From: an uncultured Aquiluna sp.
GTDB taxonomy: Bacteria; Actinomycetota; Actinomycetes; Actinomycetales; Microbacteriaceae
DNA length: 64,000 bases
NCBI GenBank assembly: GCA_913775595.1
Contig: CAJYLB010000001.1
Coordinates: 124,001-188,000 of the forward strand
Direction: 5' to 3'
Of the stretch, positions 10,584 through 19,891 are shown one piece after another. Made by a program: the position numbers and the translations under genes. Numbering within the stretch: the stretch's first letter is position 1; each line of letters begins with the position of its first letter. The notes under the pieces were generated by a model that worked only from the letters and a program-made list of their open reading frames with translations, had not been told where the DNA came from and did no database searches.

Positions 10584-11711
10584 ATGCAGACAGTTGGGGT
10601 AATTGGTGGTGGCCAGCTCGCTCGCATGATGCAACCGGCCGCCATTGCGCTTGGCATAAATCTCGCTGTCTTTGCAGAGTCAGAGGAATCCTCTGCCAAA
10701 AGTGCGACCACAAAAGTTGGCGACTACACGGACATAGCTCAGCTTCGCGAATTTGCCTCGGGAGTCGATGTCATCACTTTCGATCACGAGCATGTGCCGA
10801 CCGAGCTACTGCATCAACTTGAATCTGAAGGCGTGAAAGTTAGGCCGGGGCCTGAGGCTCTACTTCACGCCCAGAACAAGCTAGTGATGCGCAAGAAGCT
10901 CGCAGCTCTCGGCCTGCCGCAGCCTGCATGGCGTGAGCTCAACTCAGAGGTTGACCTGCAGGGTTTTATCAACGAGCACGGCCCCCAGGTCGTGGTTAAA
11001 ACCCCAATTGGCGGCTACGACGGCAAGGGTGTGAGGGTTGTCTCAGCCGTGTCAGAGGTCAGTGATTGGCTTGGAGACATCGCAAATTACGGGGGTAGTC
11101 TTCTCGCCGAGCAGAAGGTTGAATTTGTCTCTGAGGCCGCGCAGCTCATTGCTAGGCGCCCCTCTGGCGAGAGCAAGTGTTGGCCGCTAGTTCAAACCAT
11201 TCAGGCCGCGGGGGTCTGCTCTGAGGTAGTGGCGCCTTACCCCGACGGGCAACTTGGAGAAGCGGGAGCTGAGATTGCTCAAAGCGTCGCATCCGGACTT
11301 GGCGTTACGGGGGTCCTCGCGGTAGAGATGTTTGTTCTTGATGGCGGCTCGCTCCTGGTCAATGAACTTGCGATGCGCCCCCATAACTCCGGTCATTTTT
11401 CGATAGAGGGTTCGAATACCTCGCAGTTTGAGCAGCACCTCCGGGCAGTACTCGACTTGCCGCTGGGAGATGCTGGCATGAGCTCGGAGTTCGCCGTGAT
11501 GGTGAATCTTCTAGGTGTCGACGATGAGAACAATTTTTTCGAGCACTACCCAAGGGTCATGGCAAAGTTTCCCGAGGTGAAGTTTCATCTTTATCAGAAG
11601 GCGGCAAGGGCAAATCGTAAGATGGGCCACCTCACCCTTGTGGGTCAAAATCACAGTGATCTTCTAGAGACAGGCCGAGCCGCCAGAAGCATGATTTACG
11701 GGGAGGCCTAG
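10584..11711 (+). CDS. purK: N5-carboxyaminoimidazole ribonucleotide synthase
   Basis: GGGQLARM, GGYDGKG, NELAMRPHNSGH, RKMGH; GGAGGT RBS before ATG 10584. Confidence 0.95.
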   Translation: MQTVGVIGGGQLARMMQPAAIALGINLAVFAESEESSAKSATTKVGDYTDIAQLREFASGVDVITFDHEHVPTELLHQLESEGVKVRPGPEALLHAQNKLVMRKKLAALGLPQPAWRELNSEVDLQGFINEHGPQVVVKTPIGGYDGKGVRVVSAVSEVSDWLGDIANYGGSLLAEQKVEFVSEAAQLIARRPSGESKCWPLVQTIQAAGVCSEVVAPYPDGQLGEAGAEIAQSVASGLGVTGVLAVEMFVLDGGSLLVNELAMRPHNSGHFSIEGSNTSQFEQHLRAVLDLPLGDAGMSSEFAVMVNLLGVDDENNFFEHYPRVMAKFPEVKFHLYQKAARANRKMGHLTLVGQNHSDLLETGRAARSMIYGEA

Positions 11712-11720
11712 ACTTTAGCC

Positions 11721-12209
11721 ATGCCACAGATTGCGATAGTCATGGGCTCCGACAGCGACTGGCGAGTCATGGAGCAGGCAAAGGTTGTGCTGGATGAATT
11801 CGGGGTTGACTCAGAGGTTGAAGTCCTAAGTGCCCACAGGACCCCAGAGAAAATGCTCAGCTGGGGTAAGGAGGCGGCCGATCGCGGCACCAAGGTCATT
11901 ATTGCTGGAGCCGGTGGAGCTGCACACCTACCTGGCATGCTCGCTTCAATAACCTCGCTGCCAGTAATAGGTGTGCCGGTTGCGTTGAACCACTTAGATG
12001 GCATGGACTCGTTGCTATCGATAGTTCAGATGCCCGCCGGAGTTCCGGTGGCAACCGTGTCGATTGATGGCGCAAAGAATGCCGGACTCCTCGCCCTAAA
12101 AATATTAGGAGCTTCAGATAGCGAAATTTTGTCGAAGCTAGATGAGTACCGCGGAGGACTTGAAGTTCAGGTTGGTAAGAAAAACGCCAACCTCAAATCC
12201 AGCCTGTAA
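11721..12209 (+). CDS. purE: N5-CAIR mutase
   Basis: [24 protein letters not shown]. Confidence 0.97.
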   Translation: MPQIAIVMGSDSDWRVMEQAKVVLDEFGVDSEVEVLSAHRTPEKMLSWGKEAADRGTKVIIAGAGGAAHLPGMLASITSLPVIGVPVALNHLDGMDSLLSIVQMPAGVPVATVSIDGAKNAGLLALKILGASDSEILSKLDEYRGGLEVQVGKKNANLKSSL

Positions 12210-12249
12210 TCAGGGCACTCTCAGGCAATTTTCATTAGTTCAAAACACC

Positions 12250-12270
12250 AAATCGCATCAGCGATTTTTC
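12250..12270 (+). terminator. Possible weak intrinsic terminator after purKE
   Basis: AAATCGC-ATCA-GCGATTT followed by T residues. Confidence 0.35.
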
Positions 12271-12276
12271 AGAATC

Positions 12277-12291
12277 TCAACCTAAGGTTGA
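12277..12291. promoter_or_regulatory. Palindromic operator-like site upstream of the lipoprotein/LysM operon
   Basis: TCAACCT-A-AGGTTGA perfect inverted repeat ending 19 nt before ATG 12311. Confidence 0.5.
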
Positions 12292-12310
12292 AGGTGGCTG
12301 GAGGTGAGCT

Positions 12311-12847
12311 ATGCCTAAGTTTCGCGCACTATCTCTAGCCAGCGCTACCCTCTTGCTGCTCTCAGGTTGCAGCGTCTTTTACCCCAATTGGGGCGCTACC
12401 GAGTTGCCAGAAGAACCCTCGCTCGCGGCCACCCCAACAGAGAGCGCCAGTGATGCCGTAACGGCCGAGCCCGAGCCAACGGATATTGAAAAGGAACCCT
12501 CGGCTGAGCCTGAGCCAACCGAGACCGAAGAGCCTGAAATTGAGAGGGTGCAGACCGAAGTGACGATCATCATGGCTATCCCAGAGCCTGACTTCGGAGT
12601 GCTTACAGTGGTCGCTCAAATCCCCGGACTCAGCGAGGCCGGAGGGATGTGCAAGATGAGATTCATTGGCTCTGACGTAGAGCGTGAGCTAGAGGTCAAC
12701 GCAGAACCCTCATCTGATTACACGCAGTGCTTCCCAATCGAGTTCCCCCTCAGCGAGCTTCCCAGTGGTAGTGGAGTCGTCACTGTCAGCTACGACTCAC
12801 CGTTCCACTTTGGAATCTCACCAGCAACCTCGGTGGTGATTCCCTAG
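12311..12847 (+). CDS. Hypothetical lipoprotein
   Basis: Signal peptide with lipobox LSGC, Pro/Glu-rich linker, beta-rich C-terminal domain; GGAGGT RBS. Confidence 0.8.
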   Translation: MPKFRALSLASATLLLLSGCSVFYPNWGATELPEEPSLAATPTESASDAVTAEPEPTDIEKEPSAEPEPTETEEPEIERVQTEVTIIMAIPEPDFGVLTVVAQIPGLSEAGGMCKMRFIGSDVERELEVNAEPSSDYTQCFPIEFPLSELPSGSGVVTVSYDSPFHFGISPATSVVIP

Positions 12848-15800
12848 TGCGGAAACTCTTTGCGATGTTTACCGCGGCTTTTATGGTCGCGGTCGGATTT
12901 GTTGGCCTTTCGACACCTCAGCCAGCCGAGGCAGCACCTCCCGGAAGCGCTTTTGACCCCGGTTTGATAATTAGCGACAGCGTATTTTTTGACTTTGGTT
13001 CGATGACGGTAGAAGAGATCCAGGCGTTTTTGGACTCTCGGGTCGAGAATTGCCGCGCAGAGGATCCATCAATCGACTGTTTGAAAAACATTCGAATTGA
13101 CATTCCCGAGACACCCGCCACCACCCCCGAAGAGGTAGGCCCGTGTGCTGCGATTCCTGCACAGGCTCAGGCGAGCGCAGCTCAGGTTATCCACGCGGTT
13201 GCCAACGCATGCGGAATCAACCCCAAAGTAATCATCACCACTCTTCAAAAAGAGCAGGGCCTGGTTACTTCTACCAAGCCAACCGACTACATGTACCGCG
13301 CGGCAATGGGCTTTGGCTGCCCAGATTCTGATCCGGGTATTTGCGGCAAGGTTTATGTCGGACTTTTCAATCAGATCTACCGCGCCGCGAAACAGTTTGT
13401 CTGGTACGGAAACCCAGAGGGTTCCTTCACCTATTGGAAGCCAGGTCGCACCGTAGCCATGCGCTACAACCCAAAGTCCTCCTGTGGCACCAAGAGCTTC
13501 CTGCTCCAGAATCAGGCGACTGCAAATCTTTACTACTACACCCCATACACACCAAACTCAGCGGCTTTGAATAATCTCTACGGATCAGGCGACAGCTGTT
13601 CGGCATACGGCAACCGAAACTTCTGGCGCTTTTTCCACGACTGGTTTGGATCACCTGTTGCTGGTGGCTACCTGCTGAAGTCTGCGACCAGTGAGACATT
13701 CTTGATGGTTGACAGCAAGAAGTACCGCGTAATTGACTCGAGACTCCTTGCTTCTCTTGCACCCCTGGGTCCGCTGGGTGAAATCTCCCAGCCGTATCTC
13801 GACAGCTTTGAGAGTGCTGGGGATATGGGGCAGCTCGCTATTGACCTGAGCACTCAGCAGAGGTACCTCTTAGTTGACTCTGTAAAGTTCGGGGTAAGTG
13901 ATTGCCAGATTGCCTCCCACTTTGGTCAGGACTGCAACCAGGCCATCGGCCTCACCTCTCTGCAGCTAACTCAATTCGAGGATGGCGGAGAGCTATCGCG
14001 CCTTTTGGAGCAGCCTGATGGAACCAAGTATTGGATTGAGAATGGCACATCGCGAGTGGTTGTAGACCCGCTGGCCCTAAACACAGTTGGCGCCGAGAAC
14101 GTGCTCCCCATCTCTATGACCATTGAGCAGTTGATAAGCGTGCAGCCCGGAAGCGCCCTGGCCTCTGAGCTTGTGATGTTTGGCCTCACCGGCACCAGTG
14201 ACATGCTGATTGCCTCCGGAGGTAAGACGTATCGATTTGTAGCGAGTCTCTTGGGCGCCACAGACCTCTCTCGCTGGTTCACTCAGACCGGGGTGACAAT
14301 GGAGCTGCAGGCGGTCGCATCAACCATGCACCCAGAAACAGTGCGCGGCTTTGTATCTAGCCCCGCAGGCGTGACATACGTGATTACCGCAGAGGGAAAG
14401 CTCGAGGTGAGCGATCCAGAAGAGTGGACTGACTACGTTGTTCCATTGCCGCAGAGTTTGATCGACGCCTTCCCAACAGTTGATGCCGAACTGGCAACGC
14501 CAGCGGTCGTGACCTCGGAGGGCAACAGGCTTGCTTACTTTGTCGACGCAGCAGAGCGCAGAATTTCAACCTCGACTGACATGACGGCAAGGTTCCTCGG
14601 CCTGATTGACCAGCCATCGGCGGTAGTGCTGCCGCAGTCAGCCATTAATACGGTTGACAGCGTGGGTCTTGCGATGGCTCCTGGATCGATCGTAAAGGCT
14701 TCAGGTAGCTCAACGCTTTACCTGGTTGACGGTCTTACGAACAAGGTCCAGCTAGCTTCCTCAGCTCAGGCAAAGAGCGTCTCGGACTCAAAGACCTTTA
14801 CCTTCACAAAGGCGGAGCTCGCAAAGCTCGAGACGAGAACCGGATTTAGCTCGATTAAGGTCCAGTGCAACTCAGAAACCTATTTGTTAGACCGAGGGGT
14901 CTTGTATCCCATATCCCCCGAGGCAGTGAGCCACTTCCCCTCCGAGGCCTACCCGCTTGACAACTCGACGTGCAGCGCCCTGGAGCTTTCGACTCGCCCA
15001 GTTGGTCAGTTCATTAGGGATTCGAGGGGCATCCTTTACTTCATTGAGGACGGTAAAAAACGAAGGATCTCCAACTGGACTCACTTCGCTTCGCTCAGAG
15101 GCGATGGCCCCGGTTACATACAGGCAACCAGCTACTTCAGCTCCAAGATCCCACTGGGGGCAAAGGCGCCTGACGAGGTCCAACTAGCCTCTAGCACACC
15201 GGTTCCCTCAGGAGATTTTGGCCAGCTAACATTTGGCGGAACCATTCCTGAGCCCGCTCCTGAACAAGCACCAGAACCTGCTCCCGAGCTGGAGCAGGAA
15301 CCGGAGCCTGCGCCATCCCCAGCACCCGAGCCGGAACCAGCACCTGAGTCTGCGTTACCGAGCGAGTATCGCGTTGTTGCGGGTGACACTATGAACAAGA
15401 TTGCCGCAAAGTTTTCAGTTAGTGTCTCGAGTCTGCAAGAGCTAAATGGCATCACGAACCCTAACTTGATTCGGGTTGGTCAGCTACTCAAAATCCCCGG
15501 TGGCCAACCGAGCGCGCCTGAGCCAGCACCTGAGCCGGAGCCGGAACCCGAACCAGAGCCGGAACCTGAGCCGGAGCCCCAGCCTTCGGTTGTTGAGTAT
15601 CGGGTTCAGTCCGGCGACACGATGCTCCGAATTGGTTACAAGTTCGGCGTAGCCCCTTCTGTTATTCAGGAGTACAACTCAATTTCGAATCCGAACTACA
15701 TTCGCATCGGACAGCTACTTCTTATTCCTCTAAGCGTTGAGGGTGCTCCAGAGCAGGAACCAGAGCCTGAGCCGGAGCCGGAGATCGTGACCTACAGAGT

Positions 15801-15930
15801 CCAGTCAGGTGACACGCTTTGGGGTATCGCACGGAAGTTTGGGGTCCGTAGCTCAGCCCTCGCAGAGCTCAATGACATTAATAACGCCAACTACATCAGA
15901 GTTGGCCAGGTGCTACAGATTCCAAGCTGA
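12847..15930 (+). CDS. Secreted LysM-domain surface protein (putative peptidoglycan-active N-terminal domain, beta repeats, 3 LysM)
   Basis: Signal peptide ending AEA; three YRVxxGDT..IA..N.I..GQ.L.IP LysM domains. Confidence 0.85.
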   Translation: MRKLFAMFTAAFMVAVGFVGLSTPQPAEAAPPGSAFDPGLIISDSVFFDFGSMTVEEIQAFLDSRVENCRAEDPSIDCLKNIRIDIPETPATTPEEVGPCAAIPAQAQASAAQVIHAVANACGINPKVIITTLQKEQGLVTSTKPTDYMYRAAMGFGCPDSDPGICGKVYVGLFNQIYRAAKQFVWYGNPEGSFTYWKPGRTVAMRYNPKSSCGTKSFLLQNQATANLYYYTPYTPNSAALNNLYGSGDSCSAYGNRNFWRFFHDWFGSPVAGGYLLKSATSETFLMVDSKKYRVIDSRLLASLAPLGPLGEISQPYLDSFESAGDMGQLAIDLSTQQRYLLVDSVKFGVSDCQIASHFGQDCNQAIGLTSLQLTQFEDGGELSRLLEQPDGTKYWIENGTSRVVVDPLALNTVGAENVLPISMTIEQLISVQPGSALASELVMFGLTGTSDMLIASGGKTYRFVASLLGATDLSRWFTQTGVTMELQAVASTMHPETVRGFVSSPAGVTYVITAEGKLEVSDPEEWTDYVVPLPQSLIDAFPTVDAELATPAVVTSEGNRLAYFVDAAERRISTSTDMTARFLGLIDQPSAVVLPQSAINTVDSVGLAMAPGSIVKASGSSTLYLVDGLTNKVQLASSAQAKSVSDSKTFTFTKAELAKLETRTGFSSIKVQCNSETYLLDRGVLYPISPEAVSHFPSEAYPLDNSTCSALELSTRPVGQFIRDSRGILYFIEDGKKRRISNWTHFASLRGDGPGYIQATSYFSSKIPLGAKAPDEVQLASSTPVPSGDFGQLTFGGTIPEPAPEQAPEPAPELEQEPEPAPSPAPEPEPAPESALPSEYRVVAGDTMNKIAAKFSVSVSSLQELNGITNPNLIRVGQLLKIPGGQPSAPEPAPEPEPEPEPEPEPEPEPQPSVVEYRVQSGDTMLRIGYKFGVAPSVIQEYNSISNPNYIRIGQLLLIPLSVEGAPEQEPEPEPEPEIVTYRVQSGDTLWGIARKFGVRSSALAELNDINNANYIRVGQVLQIPS
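15247..15783 (+). repeat. Coding Pro-Glu low-complexity repeats between LysM domains
   Basis: GAGCCG/GAACCA-type hexamer runs at about 15247-15350, 15517-15580 and 15745-15783. Confidence 0.85.
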
Positions 15931-16860
15931 TTCGACGATGTCGGCCAGTGAATAACGGGTCGTGAAACCAAGGGTTTGGGCGATGCGATCGACATTTGCC
16001 ACCAGCCTCGGCGGATCACCGGCCCGCCTCTTTGCCACTGAAGCTTCAAAGTCTTGACCGCTTGCTTCTCGCAGTGCATCCAGGACTTCAAAAACCGAGG
16101 CCCCTTTGCCACTGCCCACATTGAAGGTGTCAAAAGGCCTGTCGTTTTGCTCTAAGTACTCAACAGCCATCACGTGCGCATCTGCAAGGTCAGCAACATG
16201 CACGTAGTCACGGATGCAGCTGCCATCGGGTGTTGGATAGTCGTCTCCAAAGACCTTGGGAGTTTCCCCTCGCCTGAGCTGCCCGATTGCAATTGGTATC
16301 AGGTTGAGTGCGGCAGTATCACCTAGACCCGCCTTGCCGGTGCCGGCAACGTTGAAGTAGCGGAGATTCACTCCGCGGAGGCCCCAAGTTGCGGCGTTCT
16401 TGACCATCCACTCGCCAATGAGCTTGGTTTGGCCGTATGGATTTATCGGCGATGTAGGGTCATCCTCGCGAACTTGATCTGTATCTGGCATTCCATAGGT
16501 GGCTGCGGATGAGGAAAACACAAGGGAGTTGTGCCCCGTTTCTCGCATTGCCAAAAGAAGGTTCGCCATACCGCCAATGTTGTCAAGGTAGTAGCGCTCG
16601 GGGATTTCAACCGACTCGCCAACCTGTTTCCTCGCAGCGAGGTGAATGACGGAATCGAACTTGTGCCGGCCAAGCAGATTGGTGAGCTTTGATAAAGCCC
16701 CCTCAGCGGCTAGATCAATGGCTTCGACTTCTGCCGATACGCGATCACTGAGGCCTGTAGAGAGGTTGTCAACTACTACGCAGTCGTGACCTGCTGCTTC
16801 AGCAGCATTGACGACGTGGGAGCCGATGTAGCCAGCTCCACCGGTGACTAGGAGTTTCAC
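15913..16860 (-). CDS. galE: UDP-glucose 4-epimerase
   Basis: TGGAGYIGSH, FSSSAATYG, YGQTK, LRYFNVAG, RDYVHV. Confidence 0.93.
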   Translation of the reverse strand: MKLLVTGGAGYIGSHVVNAAEAAGHDCVVVDNLSTGLSDRVSAEVEAIDLAAEGALSKLTNLLGRHKFDSVIHLAARKQVGESVEIPERYYLDNIGGMANLLLAMRETGHNSLVFSSSAATYGMPDTDQVREDDPTSPINPYGQTKLIGEWMVKNAATWGLRGVNLRYFNVAGTGKAGLGDTAALNLIPIAIGQLRRGETPKVFGDDYPTPDGSCIRDYVHVADLADAHVMAVEYLEQNDRPFDTFNVGSGKGASVFEVLDALREASGQDFEASVAKRRAGDPPRLVANVDRIAQTLGFTTRYSLADIVESAWNL

Positions 16861-16918
16861 GTCTAAAGGCTACCTTGAAGGTTTGCTAACAATTTGCAAG
16901 ATTCGTCAAAGTCTCAAC

Positions 16919-16965
16919 TTGACAGGTGCATACTTACACCAGTGTAATTACACCAGCAGAATTAC
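16919..16965 (+). promoter_or_regulatory. whiB2 promoter with overlapping palindrome and direct repeats
   Basis: TTGACA 16919-16924; TGTAAT 16943-16948; TTACAC-CA-GTGTAA palindrome 16934-16947; TTACACCAG repeated at 16948. Confidence 0.6.
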
Positions 16966-16981
16966 TGGAGGGGAAAGCAGC

Positions 16982-17290
16982 ATGGAACAGCGTGGTCAAG
17001 TGCCTGCGAATTGGTTCGTTGATGTGCTCAGGCTGGGGGTAGCCAGGGCCTACGTAGATGACACCGAGGCAGACCCACTTGCATGGCAAGAGGATGCGCT
17101 GTGTGCTCAGACGGATCCAGAGGCTTTCTTCCCCGAAAAGGGTGGCTCTACAAGAGATGCCAAGAAGATTTGCTCCCAATGCAGCGTCCGTTCTGAGTGC
17201 CTCGAATACGCTTTGAAGAATGATGAGCGGTTTGGCATCTGGGGCGGCCTCTCAGAGCGCGAGCGTCGCAGACTTCGCAGGCGCGCTTAA
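16982..17290 (+). CDS. whiB2: WhiB2/WhmD Fe-S transcription factor
   Basis: WQEDALCAQTDPEAFFPEKGGSTRDAKKIC..C.VR.ECLEYAL..DERFGIWGGLSERERR; start ATG 16982 after GGAGGGG. Confidence 0.93.
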   Translation: MEQRGQVPANWFVDVLRLGVARAYVDDTEADPLAWQEDALCAQTDPEAFFPEKGGSTRDAKKICSQCSVRSECLEYALKNDERFGIWGGLSERERRRLRRRA

Positions 17291-17296
17291 AAAATC

Positions 17297-19891
17297 GTGA
17301 GCTCGCTCTCGGTAGCGGCCATAGTCGTTGCGCATGACGCGGGCGAGTTTTTGGAGCGAACGCTTACCGACCTCGCGAATCAAACCCTGAAGCCTCAACA
17401 GGTTGTTGTAGTAGACACGGCTGGGGACGATGCTGCGAAAGCGCTAGCAACCGAGCATGGCTTTTCAATTGTTCAGCCCGGAGACATAAAGCTAGGTGCC
17501 GCTATCGATGCGGGCATCATGGCGCTTGGGGCGCAGCCCAGTTGGGTATGGATCCTGCACGATGACTCTGCTCCCGAGCCGCAGGCACTCGCCCAACTCG
17601 CCAGGGCTGCAGAAATTTCTCCCTCCGTGGCAGTCATTGGCCCGAAGCTCCTTCGGTGGGACAAGCCAATTGAAATTCAGCAGATGGGCCTGACTCTCAC
17701 CTCCACCGGCAAGCCGTTTTTGTTGGTGAGCAGAGAGCACGACCAGGGACAGCATGACTCCACCGGCGACACCTTGGCTGTTTCAACAGCTGGCATGTTG
17801 GTCTCACTTGGGTTGTGGCAAAGGCTCGGCGGCATAAATGATGCATCCCCGGTCTTTGCCCAGGATCTGGAGTTTTGCCTCAAAGCCAGGGCAAGTGGCT
17901 TTCGGGTAGTGGTGGAGGCCAGCGCACGAGTTCATCACGCTGGCCTGTCTATGGCATCCAAGCGTCGTAAATCGTGGGTTGGTGGAAGCCGCAGGCAGGG
18001 TCTTTCAAAAGCCCACATTCACCTTGCTACCTCCACTTTGCCGCTGGCACTGGTGATTCCGCTCTATCTCTTTTTGCCACTTGCGTTCCTAGTGTCAATT
18101 CCCAAGCATCTGATTGCGAAGGAACCCGGGCGCATTTATGGGCAACTGACCGGCTGGCTCTGGGCTTGGGTTACCGCCCCGAAGAGGTTTGCTGCACGCA
18201 AAAATCTCAGGTCTGCCGGGAGCCTCGCTGCAACGCGAGTTCTCTACGCCTCAAGGTCGCAAATCTCTCGTCGTCGCAGCCTGCTCTTTGAATACGAGCA
18301 GACTCCGCCGGAGGCAGATAACCGAGGCATCCTTGCATCGGGAGCTTTGTGGTTTGTTCCCCTGACTTTGATCGCTTCCCTCCCGTTGTTCCCAAGCGGA
18401 CCCATTGGGGCACCAAGCTTGAGAGCTCTGGGTAGGAGCTTGGAGTCAATTTGGCTTGCCACAGCTGGCCAGGCGCTGCCCTACTTGGACGGGGTGGCCC
18501 TCCCCGCGGAGCCATTTAATTGGTTTTTTCTCCTGATATCGCTGTTTGCCCCGAGCGCTCCTTCGATAGCGCTGGCCATTTATCTGTTTGCAGCTCCAAC
18601 TCTGGTTTACCTGGCTACCTGGTTCCTGCTAGGTGCGATAACTCATAGGCCTCTTATTCGTGCTCTTCCAGCGCTTGTTTTTGCCCTTTCGCCAATTGTG
18701 ATTGGTCTTCAACACCAGGGCGGGATCGTCGAGCTAACCGCCATAGTCTCACTCGCTCTGACGGTGAGGCTGCTATTTAGCGCTGCCACTAGCTTTTCTC
18801 CGGCCAGGAGTTGGCGCTGGATGGCACTGGCGGGACTGACCGGTGCGCTCCTTGCAGTCTCCTCACCGTTTCTCTTCGGGCTCACCCTCGCGGCTTCTCT
18901 AGTCATGATCGCAGCTAGGCCTCAGCGAGCGCTCACAATCGCCTGGTTCGGGCTTCCCGGAATTGCACTACTTTTACCGTGGTTCGTCGCTGCGCTGGAA
19001 ATCGATCCTGCGCTTTCACTTCTAACTTCCTCCGCCAGGCTGCCAGCCAGTGAGCTTGACGCCTGGGCACTGGCACTTCTTGTTGTTTCGGTCCTGGCGG
19101 GTGTTGCAGCTCTAATTTTTGGAAGAGTGTGGGTTGCGGTTTCGGCTTGGCTGGCCGCTGGTGTCATTGTTATTTCTCAAGCTTTCCTTCCCATTTTCGG
19201 TCAGTTGGAGCTCGCGGCTAGCCTGTTGCTCGTTGGCCTGGTCTTGGTCACCGACCTCACTAGCAAAATAAGTGGTCGTGTGGTTGGACTGGTAGCAGGT
19301 GCAGTGGCCGTATCTGTTGCTGGATTTGGAGTCATTTCTGGCCTCACCAATGATTCTCGAGTTTCGCAGGTAAGTGACAGGCAGCTTCCCGCGCTGGTGG
19401 TTGCTTTCGCAGATGTTGACGATGTGACTAGGACCTTGAGACTCGAGGTCGCGGATCATATTCAAGCCGAGCTGATTTGGGGCGACGGTATTTCTCAAGA
19501 CGAGGCGAACCTTTTGTATGATGCCACCCTCGATGGATCTCAACTCTCAGGAAGCCTCGCTCAGCTCAGTGGAAGTCTGGTGGCTGGAAACCCGGAGGGA
19601 GTGAGCGATTTGATGCGAGCTTCGTCGGTCGACTTTGTGCTGTTGGCTCCCGGGGAGCACCCAGCTCGAGCTGATGCTGCTGTTGCCCTTTCTACCTTCG
19701 CAAGCTTGCAAAGTTCGGGTGAGAGCGAATTCGGGAGTCTTTACCGGGTTGAGGATCTTGAACCGGCCAATGCAAACCCAGTGATCTCCGATTTTGTGCC
19801 GATTCAGCTTGGGCTGCTGGCGGCATACCTCCTTGTCTCGATTCCGACACCCGCGACAATTCGCGGATCTCGGAGAGTGAGAAACCAATGA
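17297..19891 (+). CDS. GT2 glycosyltransferase fused to a polytopic membrane domain
   Basis: VVVVD, WILHDDSAP, GPKL motifs followed by many TM segments; usual position downstream of whiB2. Confidence 0.85.
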   Translation: MSSLSVAAIVVAHDAGEFLERTLTDLANQTLKPQQVVVVDTAGDDAAKALATEHGFSIVQPGDIKLGAAIDAGIMALGAQPSWVWILHDDSAPEPQALAQLARAAEISPSVAVIGPKLLRWDKPIEIQQMGLTLTSTGKPFLLVSREHDQGQHDSTGDTLAVSTAGMLVSLGLWQRLGGINDASPVFAQDLEFCLKARASGFRVVVEASARVHHAGLSMASKRRKSWVGGSRRQGLSKAHIHLATSTLPLALVIPLYLFLPLAFLVSIPKHLIAKEPGRIYGQLTGWLWAWVTAPKRFAARKNLRSAGSLAATRVLYASRSQISRRRSLLFEYEQTPPEADNRGILASGALWFVPLTLIASLPLFPSGPIGAPSLRALGRSLESIWLATAGQALPYLDGVALPAEPFNWFFLLISLFAPSAPSIALAIYLFAAPTLVYLATWFLLGAITHRPLIRALPALVFALSPIVIGLQHQGGIVELTAIVSLALTVRLLFSAATSFSPARSWRWMALAGLTGALLAVSSPFLFGLTLAASLVMIAARPQRALTIAWFGLPGIALLLPWFVAALEIDPALSLLTSSARLPASELDAWALALLVVSVLAGVAALIFGRVWVAVSAWLAAGVIVISQAFLPIFGQLELAASLLLVGLVLVTDLTSKISGRVVGLVAGAVAVSVAGFGVISGLTNDSRVSQVSDRQLPALVVAFADVDDVTRTLRLEVADHIQAELIWGDGISQDEANLLYDATLDGSQLSGSLAQLSGSLVAGNPEGVSDLMRASSVDFVLLAPGEHPARADAAVALSTFASLQSSGESEFGSLYRVEDLEPANANPVISDFVPIQLGLLAAYLLVSIPTPATIRGSRRVRNQ

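Noticed and set aside
15247..15783. Short tandem repeats that might suggest a CRISPR array or VNTR
   Set aside because: In-frame degenerate Pro-Glu codons in linkers between LysM domains; no repeat-spacer structure and no cas genes
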